The notes beneath the pieces were generated by a model that was not told the DNA's origin, did no database searches, and was given only the letters and a program-made list of their open reading frames with translations. Shown here in pieces: positions 14,332 to 28,499 of a stretch of 64,000 bases of DNA (position 1 is its first letter; every line of letters begins with the position of its first letter). The position numbers and the translations under genes were made by a program. The stretch is from Balanoglossus misakiensis. Taxonomy: Eukaryota > Animalia > Hemichordata. The stretch spans positions 10,805,309-10,869,308 of the forward strand of contig CM082591.2 in the NCBI GenBank assembly GCA_040954595.2, given 5' to 3'.

Positions 14332-17300
14332 CTATCTATGTGTTCTGCGCATCACAACAGAATTCGGTAAATAAACGAGGCTGTGTTTGGAAGCAACCAT
14401 GGAAATTTTAGAACTATCCGTCGATCTACAGAGTCTAGTGGAAAACTTTATTATGTGCATAGGTCTATCATGTGTTCTGCGCATCACAACATAATTTTGA
14501 AAACAATCGAGGCTGTGTTTGGAAGCAACCATGGAAACTTTAGAACTATCCGTCGATCTACAGAGTCTAGTGGAAAACTTTCTTATGCGCATAGGCCTAT
14601 CATGTTTTCTGCGCATCACAACAGAATTCGGTAAATAAACGAGGGTGTATTTGGAAGCAACCATGGAAACTTTAGAACTATCCGTCGATCGACAGAGTCT
14701 AGTGGAAAACTTTCTTATGCGCATAGACCTATCATGTGTTCTGCGCATCACAACAGAATTTTGTAAACAAACGAGGCTGTGTTTGGAGGCAAAAATGGAA
14801 ACTTTAGAACTATCCGTCGATCTACAGAGTCTAGTGGAAAACTTTCTAATGCGCATAGACCTATCATGTGTTCTGCGCATCACAACAGAATTATGTAAAC
14901 AAACGAGGCTGTGTTTGGAAGCAACCATGGAAACTTTAGAACTATCCGTCGTTCTACAGAGTCTAGAGGAAAACTTTCTTATCCTCATAGGCCTATCATG
15001 TGTTCTGCGCATCACAACAGAATTTTGTAAACAAACGAGGCTCTGTTTGGAAGCAACCATGGAAACTTTAGAACTATCCGTCGATCTACAGAGTCTAGTG
15101 GAAAACTTTCTTATGCGCATAGACCTATCATGTGTTCTGCGCATCACAACAGAATTTTGTAAACAAACGAGGCTGTGTTTGGAAGCAACCATGGAAACTT
15201 TACAACTATCCGTCGATCTATAGAGTCCAGTGGAAAACTTTCTTATGCGCATAGACCTATCATGTGTTCTGCGCATCACAACAGAATTTTGTAAACAAAC
15301 GAGGCTGTGTTTGGAAGCAACAATGGAAACTTTAGAACTATCCGTCGATCTACAGAGTCTAGTGGAAAACTTTCTCATGCGCATAGACCTATCATGTGTT
15401 CTGCGCATCACAACAGAATTTTGTAAACAAACGAGGCTGTGTTTGGAGGCAACAATGGAAACTTTAGAACTATCCGTCGATCTACAGAGTCTAGTGGAAA
15501 ACTTTCTAATGCGCATAGACCTATCATGTGTTCTGCGCATCACAACAGAATTTTGTAAACAAACGAGGCTGTGTTTGGAAGCAACCATGGAAACTTTAGA
15601 ACTATCCGTCGTTCTACAGAGTCTAGAGGAAAACTTTCTTATCCTCATAGGCCTATCATGTGTTCTGCGCATCACAACAGAATTTTGTAAACAAACGAGG
15701 CTGTGTTTGGAAGCAACCATGGAAACTTTAGAACTATCCGTCGATCTACAGAGTCTAGTGGAAAACTTTCTTATGCGCATAGACCTATCATGTGTTCTGC
15801 GCATCACAACAGAATTTTGTAAACAAATGAGGCTGTGTTTGGAAGCAACCATGGAAACTTTAGAACTATCCGTCGATCGACAGAGTCTAGTGGAAAACTT
15901 TCTTATGCGCATAGACCTATCATGTGTTCTGCGCATCACAAGAGAATTTTGTAAACAAACGAGGCTGTGTTTGGAGGCAACAATGGAAACTTTAGAACTA
16001 TCCGTCGATCTACAGAGTCTAGTGGAAAACTTTCTAATGCGCATACACCTATCATGTGTTCTGCGGATCACAACAGAATTTTGTAAACAAACGAGGCTGT
16101 GTTTGGAAGCAACCATGGAAACTTTAGAACTATCCGTCGTTCTACAGAGTCTAGAGGAAAACTTTCTTATCCTCATAGGGCTATCATGTGTTCTGCGCAT
16201 CACAACAGAATTTTGTAAACAAACGAGGCTGTGTTTGGAAGCAACCATGGAAACTTTAGAACTATCCGTCGATCTACAGAGTCTAGTGGAAAACTTTCTT
16301 ATGCGCATAGACCTATCATGTGTTCTGCGCATCACAACAGAATTTTGTAAACAAACGAGGCTGTGTTTGGAAGCAACCATGGAAACTTTAGAACTATCCG
16401 TCGATCTACAGAGTCTAGTGGAAAACTTTCTTATGCGCATAGACCTATCATGTGTTCTGCGCATCACAACAGAATGTTGTAAACAAACGAGGCTATGTTT
16501 CGAAGCAACCATAGAAACTTTAGAACTATCCGTCGATCTATAGAGTCCAGTGGAAAACTTTCTTATCCTCATAGGGCTATCATGTGTTCTGCGCATCACA
16601 ACAGAATTTTTTAAACAAACGAGGCTGTGTTTGGAAGCAACCATGGAAACTTTAGAACTATCCGTCGATCGACAGAGTCTAGTGGAAAACTTTCTTATGC
16701 GCATAGGCCTATCTATGTGTTCTGCGCATCACAACAGAATTCGGTAAATAAACGAGGCTGTGTTTGGAAGCAACCATGGAAATTTTAGAACTATCCGTCG
16801 ATCTACAGAGTCTAGTGGAAAACTTTATTATGTGCATAGGTCTATCATGTGTTCTGCGCATCACAACATAATTTTGAAAACAATCGAGGCTGTGTTTGGA
16901 AGCAACCATGGAAACTTTAGAACTATCCGTCGATCTACAGAGTCTAGTGGAAAACTTTCTTATGCGCATAGGCCTATCATGTTTTCTGCGCATCACAACA
17001 GAATTCGGTAAATAAACGAGGGTGTATTTGGAAGCAACCATGGAAACTTTAGAACTATCCGTCGATCGACAGAGTCTAGTGGAAAACTTTCTTATGCGCA
17101 TAGACCTATCATGTGTTCTGCGCATCACAACAGAATTTTGTAAACAAACGAGGCTGTGTTTGGAGGCAAAAATGGAAACTTTAGAACTATCCGTCGATCT
17201 ACAGAGTCTAGTGGAAAACTTTCTAATGCGCATAGACCTATCATGTGTTCTGCGCATCACAACAGAATTATGTAAACAAACGAGGCTGTGTTTGGAAGCA

Positions 17301-19030
17301 ACCATGGAAACTTTAGAACTATCCGTCGTTCTACAGAGTCTAGAGGAAAACTTTCTTATCCTCATAGGCCTATCATGTGTTCTGCGCATCACAACAGAAT
17401 TTTGTAAACAAACGAGGCTCTGTTTGGAAGCAACCATGGAAACTTTAGAACTATCCGTCGATCTACAGAGTCTAGTGGAAAACTTTCTTATGCGCATAGA
17501 CCTATCATGTGTTCTGCGCATCACAACAGAATTTTGTAAACAAACGAGGCTGTGTTTGGAAGCAACCATGGAAACTTTACAACTATCCGTCGATCTATAG
17601 AGTCCAGTGGAAAACTTTCTTATGCGCATAGACCTATCATGTGTTCTGCGCATCACAACAGAATTTTGTAAACAAACGAGGCTGTGTTTGGAAGCAACAA
17701 TGGAAACTTTAGAACTATCCGTCGATCTACAGAGTCTAGTGGAAAACTTTCTCATGCGCATAGACCTATCATGTGTTCTGCGCATCACAACAGAATTTTG
17801 TAAACAAACGAGGCTGTGTTTGGAGGCAACAATGGAAACTTTAGAACTATCCGTCGATCTACAGAGTCTAGTGGAAAACTTTCTAATGCGCATAGACCTA
17901 TCATGTGTTCTGCGCATCACAACAGAATTTTGTAAACAAACGAGGCTGTGTTTGGAAGCAACCATGGAAACTTTAGAACTATCCGTCGTTCTACAGAGTC
18001 TAGAGGAAAACTTTCTTATCCTCATAGGCCTATCATGTGTTCTGCGCATCACAACAGAATTTTGTAAACAAACGAGGCTGTGTTTGGAAGCAACCATGGA
18101 AACTTTAGAACTATCCGTCGATCTACAGAGTCTAGTGGAAAACTTTCTTATGCGCATAGACCTATCATGTGTTCTGCGCATCACAACAGAATTTTGTAAA
18201 CAAATGAGGCTGTGTTTGGAAGCAACCATGGAAACTTTAGAACTATCCGTCGATCGACAGAGTCTAGTGGAAAACTTTCTTATGCGCATAGACCTATCAT
18301 GTGTTCTGCGCATCACAAGAGAATTTTGTAAACAAACGAGGCTGTGTTTGGAGGCAACAATGGAAACTTTAGAACTATCCGTCGATCTACAGAGTCTAGT
18401 GGAAAACTTTCTAATGCGCATACACCTATCATGTGTTCTGCGGATCACAACAGAATTTTGTAAACAAACGAGGCTGTGTTTGGAAGCAACCATGGAAACT
18501 TTAGAACTATCCGTCGTTCTACAGAGTCTAGAGGAAAACTTTCTTATCCTCATAGGGCTATCATGTGTTCTGCGCATCACAACAGAATTTTGTAAACAAA
18601 CGAGGCTGTGTTTGGAAGCAACCATGGAAACTTTAGAACTATCCGTCGATCTACAGAGTCTAGTGGAAAACTTTCTTATGCGCATAGACCTATCATGTGT
18701 TCTGCGCATCACAACAGAATTTTGTAAACAAACGAGGCTGTGTTTGGAAGCAACCATGGAAACTTTAGAACTATCCGTCGATCTACAGAGTCTAGTGGAA
18801 AACTTTCTTATGCGCATAGACCTATCATGTGTTCTGCGCATCACAACAGAATGTTGTAAACAAACGAGGCTATGTTTCGAAGCAACCATAGAAACTTTAG
18901 AACTATCCGTCGATCTATAGAGTCCAGTGGAAAACTTTCTTATCCTCATAGGGCTATCATGTGTTCTGCGCATCACAACAGAATTTTTTAAACAAACGAG
19001 GCTGTGTTTGGAAGCAACCATGGAAACTTT
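14332..19030 (+). repeat. Near-perfect tandem duplication of an 18-monomer (2377 bp) block
   Basis: Rare variants recur at a 2377 offset: GGCTCTGTTT (~15041/17418), CAAATGAGG (~15828/18205), CACAAGAGAA (~15941/18318), GCGGATCAC (~16064/18441). Confidence 0.9.
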
Positions 19031-19959
19031 AGAACTATCCGTCGATCTACAGAGTCTAGTGGAAAACTTTCTTATGCGCATAGACCTATCATGTGTTCTG
19101 CGCATCACAACAGAATTTTGTAAACAAACGATGCTGTGTTTCGAAGCAACCATGGAAACTTTAGAACTATCCGTCGATCTACAGAGTCTAGTGGAAAACG
19201 TTCTTATGCTCGTAGGCCTATCATGTGTTCTGCGCATCACAACAGAATTTTGTAAACAAACGAGGCTGTGTTTGGAAGCAACAATGGAAACTTTAGAACT
19301 ATCTGTCGATCTACAGAGTCTAGTGGAAAACTTTCTTATGCGCATAGACCTATCATGTGTTCTGCGCATCACAACATAATTTTGTAAACAAACGAGGCTG
19401 TGTTTGGAAGCAACCATGGAAACTTTAGAACAATCCGTCGATCTACAGAGTCTAGTGGAAAACTCTCTTATGCGCATAGACCTATCATGTGTTCTGCGCA
19501 TCACAACAGAATTTTGTAAACAAACGAGGCTGTGTTTGGAAGCAACCATGGAAACTTTACAACTATCCGTCGATCTATAGAGTCCAGTGGAAAACTTTCT
19601 TATGCGCATAGACCTATCATGTGTTCTGCGCATCACAACAGAATTTTGTAAACAAACGAGGCTGTGTTTGGAAGCAACAATGGAAACTTTAGAACTATCC
19701 GTCGATCTACAGAGTCTAGTGGAAAACTTTCTTATGCGCATAGACCTATCATGTGTTCTGCGCATCACAACAGAATTTTGTAAACAAACGAGGCTGTGTT
19801 TGGAGGCAACAATGGAAACTTTAGAACTATCCGTCGATCTACAGAGTCTAGTGGAAAACTTTCTAATGCGCATAGACCTATCATGTGTTCTGCGCATCAC
19901 AACAGAATTTTGTAAACAAACGAGGCTGTGTTTGGAAGCAACCATGGAAACTTTCGAAC

Positions 19960-22900
19960 TATCCGTCGTTCTACAGAGTCCAGAGGAAAACTTTCTTATC
20001 CTCATAGGCCTATCATGTGTTCTGCGCATCACAGCAGAATTTTGTAAACAAACGAGGCCGTGTTTCGAAGCAACCATGGAAACTTTAGAACTATCCGTCG
20101 ATCTACAGAGTCTAGAGGAAAACTTTCTTATCCTCATAGGCCTATCATGTGTTCTGCGCATCACAACATAATTCGGTAAATAAACGAGGGTGTGTTTGGA
20201 AGCAACCATGGAAACTTTAGAACTATCCGTCGATCTACAGAGTCTAGTGGAAAACTTTCTTATGCGCATAGTCCTATCATGTGTTCTGCGCATCACAGCA
20301 GAATTTTGTAAACAAACGAGGCCGTGTTTCGAAGCAACCATGGAAACTTTAGAACTATCCGTCGATCTACAGAGTCTAGAGGAAAACTTTCTTATCCCCA
20401 TAGGCCTATCATGTGTTCTGCGCATCACAACAGAATTTTGTAAACAAACGAGGCTGTGTTTGGAAGCAACCATGGAAACTTTAGAACTATCCGTCGATCT
20501 ACAGAGTCTAGTGGAAAACTTTCTTATGCGCATAGACCTATCATGTGTTCTGCGCATCACAACAGAATGTTGTAAACAAACGAGGCTATGTTTCGAAGCA
20601 ACCATAGAAACTTTAGAACTATCCGTCGATCTATAGAGTCCAGTGGAAAACTTTCTTATCCTCGTAGGGCTATCATGTGTTCTGCGCATCACAACAGAAT
20701 TTTTTAAACAAACGAGGCTGTGTTTGGAAGCAACCATGGAAACTTTAGAACTATCCGTCGATCTACAGAGTCTAGTGGAAAACTTTCTTATGCGCATAGA
20801 CCTATCATGTGTTCTGCGCATCACAACAGAATTTTGTAAACAAACGATGCTGTGTTTCGAAGCAACCATGGAAACTTTAGAACTATCCGTCGATCTACAG
20901 AGTCTAGTGGAAAACTTTCTTATGCTCGTAGGCCTATCATGTGTTCTGCGCATCACAACAGAATTTTGTAAACAAACGAGGCTGTGTTTGGAAGCAACAA
21001 TGGAAACTTTAGAACTATCTGTCGATCTACAGAGTCTAGTGGAAAACTTTCTTATGCGCATAGACCTATCATGTGTTCTGCGCATCACAACATAATTTTG
21101 TAAACAAACGAGGCTGTGTTTGGAAGCAACCATGGAAACTTTAGAACAATCCGTCGATCTACAGAGTCTAGTGGAAAACTCTCTTATGCGCATAGACCTA
21201 TCATGTGTTCTGCGCATCACAACAGAATTTTGTAAACAAACGAGGCTGTGTTTGGAAGCAACCATGGAAACTTTAGAACTATCCGTCGATCTACAGAGTC
21301 TAGTGGAAAACTTTCTTATGCGCATAGACCTATCATGTGTTCTGCGCATCACAACAGAATGTTGTAAACAAACGAGGCTGTGTTTGGAAGCAACCATGGA
21401 AACTTTAGAACTATCCGTCGATCGACAGAGTCTATCAGAAAACTTTCTCATGCGCATAGGTCTATCGTGTGTTCTGTGCATCACAACAGATTTCCTCAAA
21501 TAAACGAGGCTGTGTTTGGAAGCAACCATGGAAATTTTAGAACTACCCGTCGATCTACTGAGTCTAGTGGAAAACTTTCTTATGCGCATAGGCCTATCTA
21601 TGTGTTCTGCGCATCACAACATAATTCGGTAAATAAACGAGGGTGTGTTTGGAAGCAACCATGGAAACTTTAGAACTATCCGTCGATCTACAGAGTCTAG
21701 TGGAAAACTTTCTTATGCGCATAGACCTATCATGTGTTCTGCGCATCACAGCAGAATTTTGTAAACAAATGAGGCCGTGTTTCGAAGCAACCATGGAAAC
21801 TTTAGAACTATCCGTCGATCTACAGAGTCTAGAGGAAAACTTTCTTATCCTCATAGGCCTATCATGTGTTCTGTGCATCACAACAGAATTTTGTAAACAA
21901 ACGAGGCTGTGTTTGGAAGCAACCATGGAAACTTTAGAACTATCCGTCGATCTACAGAGTCTAGTGGAAAACTTTCTTATGCGCATAGACCTATCATGTG
22001 TTCTGCGCATCACAACAGAATGTTGTAAACAAACGAGGCTGTGTTTCGAAGCAACCATAGAAACTTTAGAACTATCCGTCGATCTGTAGAGTCCAGTGGA
22101 AAACTTTCTTATCCTCATAGGGCTATCATGTGTTCTGCGCATCACAACAGAATTTTGTAAACAAACGAGGCTGTGTTTGGAAGCAACCATGGAAACTTTA
22201 GAACTATCCGTCGATCGACAGAGTCTATCAGAAAACTTTCTCATGCGCATAGGTCTATCGTGTGTTCTGCGCATCACAACAGATTTCCTCAAATAAACGA
22301 GGCTGTGTTTGGAAGCAACCATGGAAATTTTAGAACTACCCGTCGATCTACTGAGTCTAGTGGAAAACTTTCTTATGCGCATAGGCCTATCTATGTGTTC
22401 TGCGCATCACAACATAATTCGGTAAATAAACGAGGGTGTGTTTGGAAGCAACCATGGAAACTTTAGAACTATCCGTCGATCTACAGAGTCTAGTGGAAAA
22501 CTTTCTTATGCGCATAGACCTATCATGTGTTCTGCGCATCACAGCAGAATTTTGTAAACAAACGAGGCCGTGTTTCGAAGCAACCATGGAAACTTTAGAA
22601 CTATCCGTCGATCTACAGAGTCTAGAGGAAAACTTTCTTATCCTCATAGGCCTATCATGTGTTCTGCGCATCACAACAGAATTTTGTAAACAAACGAGGC
22701 TGTGTTTGGAAGCAACCATGGAAACTTTAGAACTATCCGTCGATCTACAGAGTCTAGTGGAAAACTTTCTTATGCGCATAGACCTATCATGTGTTCTGCG
22801 CATCACAACAGAATGTTGTAAACAAACGAGGCTGTGTTTCGAAGCAACCATAGAAACTTTAGAACTATCCGTCGATCTATAGAGTCCAGTGGAAAACTTT

Positions 22901-23050
22901 CTTATCCTCATAGGGCTATCATGTGTTCTGCGCATCACAACAGAATTTTGTAAACAAACGAGGCTGTGTTTCGAAGCAACCATAGAAACTTTAGAACTAT
23001 CCGTCGATCTATAGAGTCCAGTGGAAAACTTTCTTATCCTCATAGGGCTA
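19960..23050 (+). repeat. Variant island within domain A, including a 6-mer (793 bp) duplication
   Basis: Carries CACAGCAGAA, GAGGCCGTGTTTCG, GTCTATCAGAAAAC, GATTTCCTCAAAT and ACTACCCGT, which are absent from canonical domain A units. +T markers at 21599 and 22392 are 793 bp apart. Confidence 0.75.
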
Positions 23051-26000
23051 TCATGTGTTCTGCGCATCACAACAGAATTTTGTAAACAAACGAGGCTGTG
23101 TTTGGAAGCAACCATGGAAACTTTAGAACTATCCGTCGATCTACAGAGTCTAGTGGAAAACTTTCTTATGCGCATAGACCTATCATGTGTTCTGCGCATC
23201 ACAACAGAATTTTGTAAACAAACGAGGCTGTGTTTCGAAGCAACCATGGAAACTTTAGAACTATCCGTCGATCTACAGAGTCTAGTGGAAAACTTTCTTA
23301 TGCTCGTAGGCCTATCATGTGTTCTGCGCATCACAACAGAATTTTGTAAACAAACGAGGCTGTGTTTGGAAGCAACAATGGAAACTTTAGAACTATCTGT
23401 TGATCTACAGAGTCTAGTGAAAAACTTTCTTATGCGCATAGACCTATCATGTGTTCTGCGCATCACAACAGAATTTTGTAAACAAACGAGGCTGTGTTTG
23501 GAAGCAACCATGGAAACTTTAGAACTATCCGTCGATCTACAGAGTCTAGTGGAAAACTCTCTTATGCGCATAGACCTATCATGTGTTCTGCGCATCACAA
23601 CAGAATTTTGTAAACAAACGAGGCTGTGTTTGGAAGCAACCATGGAAACTTTAGAACTATCCGTCGATCTACAGAGTCTAGTGGAAAACTTTCTTATGCG
23701 CATAGACCTATCATGTGTTCTGCGCATCACAACAGAATTTTGTAAACAAACGAGGCTGTGTTTGGAAGCAACCATGGAAACTTTAGAACTATCCGTCGAT
23801 CGACAGAGTCTAGTGGAAAACTTTCTTATGCGCATAGGCCTATCTATGTGTTCTGCGCATCACAACAGAATTCGGTAAATAAACGAGGCTGTGTTTGGAA
23901 GCAACCATGGAAATTTTAGAACTATCCGTCGATCTACAGAGTCTAGTGGAAAACTTTATTATGTGCATAGGTCTATCATGTGTTCTGCGCATCACAACAT
24001 AATTTTGAAAACAATCGAGGCTGTGTTTGGAAGCAACCATGGAAACTTTAGAACTATCCGTCGATCTACAGAGTCTAGTGGAAAACTTTCTTATGCGCAT
24101 AGGCCTATCATGTTTTCTGCGCATCACAACAGAATTCGGTAAATAAACGAGGGTGTATTTGGAAGCAACCATGGAAACTTTAGAACTATCCGTCGATCGA
24201 CAGAGTCTAGTGGAAAACTTTCTTATGCGCATAGACCTATCATGTGTTCTGCGCATCACAACAGAATTTTGTAAACAAACGAGGCTGTGTTTGGAGGCAA
24301 CAATGGAAACTTTAGAACTATCCGTCGATCTACAGAGTCTAGTGGAAAACTTTCTAATGCGCATACACCTATCATGTGTTCTGCGCATCACAACAGAATT
24401 TTGTAAACAAACGAGGCTGTGTTTGGAAGCAACCATGGAAACTTTAGAACTATCCGTCGTTCTACAGAGTCTAGAGGAAAACTTTCTTATCCTCATAGGG
24501 CTATCATGTGTTCTGCGCATCACAACAGAATTTTGTAAACAAACGAGGCTGTGTTTGGAAGCAACCATGGAAACTTTAGAACTATCCGTCGATCTACAGA
24601 GTCTAGTGGAAAACTTTCTTATGCGCATAGACCTATCATGTGTTCTGCGCATCACAACAGAATTTTGTAAACAAACGAGGCTGTGTTTGGAAGCAACCAT
24701 GGAAACTTTAGAACTATCCGTCGATCGACAGAGTCTAGTGGAAAACTTTCTTATGCGCATAGGCCTATCTATGTGTTCTGCGCATCACAACAGAATTCGG
24801 TAAATAAACGAGGCTGTGTTTGGAAGCAACCATGGAAATTTTAGAACTATCCGTCGATCTACAGAGTCTAGTGGAAAACTTTATTATGTGCATAGGTCTA
24901 TCATGTGTTATGCGCATCACAACATAATTTTGAAAACAATCGAGGCTGTGTTTGGAAGCAACCATGGAAACTTTAGAACTATCCGTCGATCTACAGAGTC
25001 TAGTGGAAAACTTTCTTATGCGCATAGGCCTATCATGTTTTCTGCGCATCACAACAGAATTCGGTAAATAAACGAGGGTGTATTTGGAAGCAACCATGGA
25101 AACTTTAGAACTATCCGTCGATCTACAGAGTCTAGTGGAAAACTTTCTAATGCGCATACACCTATCATGTGTTCTGCGCATCACAACAGAATTTTGTAAA
25201 CAAACGAGGCTGTGTTTGGAAGCAACCATGGAAACTTTAGAACTATCCGCCGTTCTACAGAGTCTAGAGGAAAACTTTCTTATCCTCATAGGGCTATCAT
25301 GTGTTCTGCGCATCACAACAGAATTTTGTAAACAAACGAGGCTGTGTTTGGAAGCAACCATGGAAACTTTAGAACTATCCGTCGATCTACAGAGTCTAGT
25401 GGAAAACTTTCTTATGCGCATAGACCTATCATGTGTTCTGCGCATCACAACAGAATTTTGTAAACAAACGAGGCTGTGTTTGGAAGCAACCATGGAAACT
25501 TTAGAACTATCCGTCGATCGACAGAGTCTAGTGGAAAACTTTCTTATGCGCATAGGCCTATCTATGTGTTCTGCGCATCACAACAGAATTCGGTAAATAA
25601 ACGAGGCTGTGTTTGGAAGCAACCATGGAAATTTTAGAACTATCCGTCGATCTACAGAGTCTAGTGGAAAACTTTATTATGTGCATAGGTCTATCATGTG
25701 TTCTGCGCATCACAACATAATTTTGAAAACAATCGAGGCTGTGTTTGGAAGCAACCATGGAAACTTTAGAACTATCCGTCGATCTACAGAGTCTAGTGGA
25801 AAACTTTCTTATGCGCATAGGCCTATCATGTTTTCTGCGCATCACAACAGAATTCGGTAAATAAACGAGGGTGTATTTGGAAGCAACCATGGAAACTTTA
25901 GAACTATCCGTCGATCGACAGAGTCTAGTGGAAAACTTTCTAATGCGCATAGACCTATCATGTGTTCTGCGCATCACAACAGAATTTTGTAAACAAACGA

Positions 26001-28499
26001 GGCTGTGTTTGGAAGCAACCATGGAAACTTTAGAACTATCCGTCGTTCTACAGAGTCTAGAGGAAAACTTTCTTATCCTCATAGGCCTATCATGTGTTCT
26101 GCGCATCACAACAGAATTTTGTAAACAAACGAGGCTGTGTTTGGAAGCAACCATGGAAACTTTAGAACTATCCGTCGATCTACAGAGTCTAGTGGAAAAC
26201 TTTCTTATGCGCATAGACCTATCATGTGTTCTGCGCATCACAACAGAATTTTGTAAACAAACGAGGCTGTGTTTGGAAGCAACCATGGAAACTTTACAAC
26301 TATCCGTCGATCTATAGAGTCCAGTGGAAAACTTTCTTATGCGCATAGACCTATCATGTGTTCTGCGCATCACAACAGAATTTTGTAAACAAACGAGGCT
26401 GTGTTTGGAAGCAACAATGGAAACTTTAGAACTATCCGTCGATCTACAGAGTCTAGTGGAAAACTTTCTCATGCGCATAGACCTATCATGTGTTCTGCGC
26501 ATCACAACATAATTTTGAAAACAATCGAGGCTGTGTTTGGAAGCAACCATGGAAACTTTAGAACTATCCGTCGATCTACAGAGTCTAGTGGAAAACTTTC
26601 TTATGCGCATAGGCCTATCATGTTTTCTGCGCATCACAACAGAATTCGGTAAATAAACGAGGGTGTATTTGGAAGCAACCATGGAAACTTTAGAACTATC
26701 CGTCGATCGACAGAGTCTAGTGGAAAACTTTCTTATGCGCATAGACCTATCATGTGTTCTGCGCATCACAACAGAATTTTGTAAACAAACGAGGCTGTGT
26801 TTGGAGGCAAAAATGGAAACTTTAGAACTATCCGTCGATCTACAGAGTCTAGTGGAAAACTTTCTAATGCGCATAGACCTATCATGTGTTCTGCGCATCA
26901 CAACAGAATTTTGTAAACAAACGAGGCTGTGTTTGGAAGCAACCATGGAAACTTTAGAACTATCCGTCGTTCTACAGAGTCTAGAGGAAAACTTTCTTAT
27001 CCTCATAGGCCTATCATGTGTTCTGCGCATCACAACAGAATTTTGTAAACAAACGAGGCTGTGTTTGGAAGCAACCATGGAAACTTTAGAACTATCCGTC
27101 GATCTACAGAGTCTAGTGGAAAACTTTCTTATGCGCATAGACCTATCATGTGTTCTGCGCATCACAACAGAATTTTGTAAACAAACGAGGCTGTGTTTGG
27201 AAGCAACCATGGAAACTTTACAACTATCCGTCGATCTATAGAGTCCAGTGGAAAACTTTCTTATGCGCATAGACCTATCATGTGTTCTGCGCATCACAAC
27301 AGAATTTTGTAAACAAACGAGGCTGTGTTTGGAAGCAACAATGGAAACTTTAGAACTATCCGTCGATCTACAGAGTCTAGTGGAAAACTTTCTCATGCGC
27401 ATAGACCTATCATGTGTTCTGCGCATCACAACAGAATTTTGTAAACAAACGAGGCTGTGTTTGGAGGCAACAATGGAAACTTTAGAACTATCCGTCGATC
27501 TACAGAGTCTAGTGGAAAACTTTCTAATGCGCATAGACCTATCATGTGTTCTGCGCATCACAACAGAATTTTGTAAACAAACGAGGCTGTGTTTGGAAGC
27601 AACCATGGAAACTTTAGAACTATCCGTCGTTCTACAGAGTCTAGAGGAAAACTTTCTTATCCTCATAGGCCTATCATGTGTTCTGCGCATCACAACAGAA
27701 TTTTGTAAACAAACGAGGCTGTGTTTGGAAGCAACAATGGAAACTTTAGAACTATCCGTCGATCTACAGAGTCTAGTGGAAAACTTTCTCATGCGCATAG
27801 ACCTATCATGTGTTCTGCGCATCACAATAGAATTTTGTAAACAAACGAGGCTGTGTTTGGAGGCAACAATGGAAACTTTAGAACTGTCCGTCGATCTACA
27901 GAGTCTAGTGGAAAACTTTCTAATGCGCATAGACCTATCATGTGTTCTGCGCATCACAACAGAATTTTGTAAACAAACGAGGCTGTGTTTGGAAGCAACC
28001 ATGGAAACTTTAGAACTATCCGTCGTTCTACAGAGTCTAGAGGAAAACTTTCTTATCCTCATAGGCCTATCATGTGTTCTGCGCATCACAACAGAATTTT
28101 GTAAACAAACGAGGCTGTGTTTGGAAGCAACCATGGAAACTTTAGAACTATCCGTCGATCTACAGAGTCTAGTGGAAAACTTTCTTATCCTCATAGGCCT
28201 ATCATGTGTTCTGCGCATCACAACAGAATTTTGTAAACAAACGAGGCTGTGTTTGGAAGCAACCATGGAAACTTTAGAACTATCCGTCGATCTACAGAGT
28301 CTAGTGGAAAACTTTCTTATGCGCATAGACCTATCATGTGTTCTGCGCATCACAACAGAATTTTGTAAACAAACGAGGCTGTGTTTGGAAGCAACCATGG
28401 AAACTTTAGAACTATCCGTCGTTCTACAGAGTCTAGAGGAAAACTTTCTTATCCTCATAGGCCTATCATGTGTTCTGCGCATCACAACAGAATTTTGTA

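Larger units (their letters stand above)
64..26700 (+). repeat. HOR domain A: 11-mer (1453 bp) HOR and its 7-, 4-, 6- and 18-mer derivatives
   Basis: Units open with a 133-bp monomer (CCTATCTATGTG, +T at 69, 1522, 2447, 3900, 5353, 6806, 7731, 8656, 9581, 11958, 12487, 13412, 14337, 16714, 23845, 24770, 25563). Most then carry GAATTCGGTAAATAAAC, CTTTATTATGTGCATAGGTC, CATAATTTTGAAAACAATCG and GAGGGTGTATTTGG. Spacings 1453, 925, 529, 793 and 2377 all equal n x 132 + 1. Confidence 0.9.
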
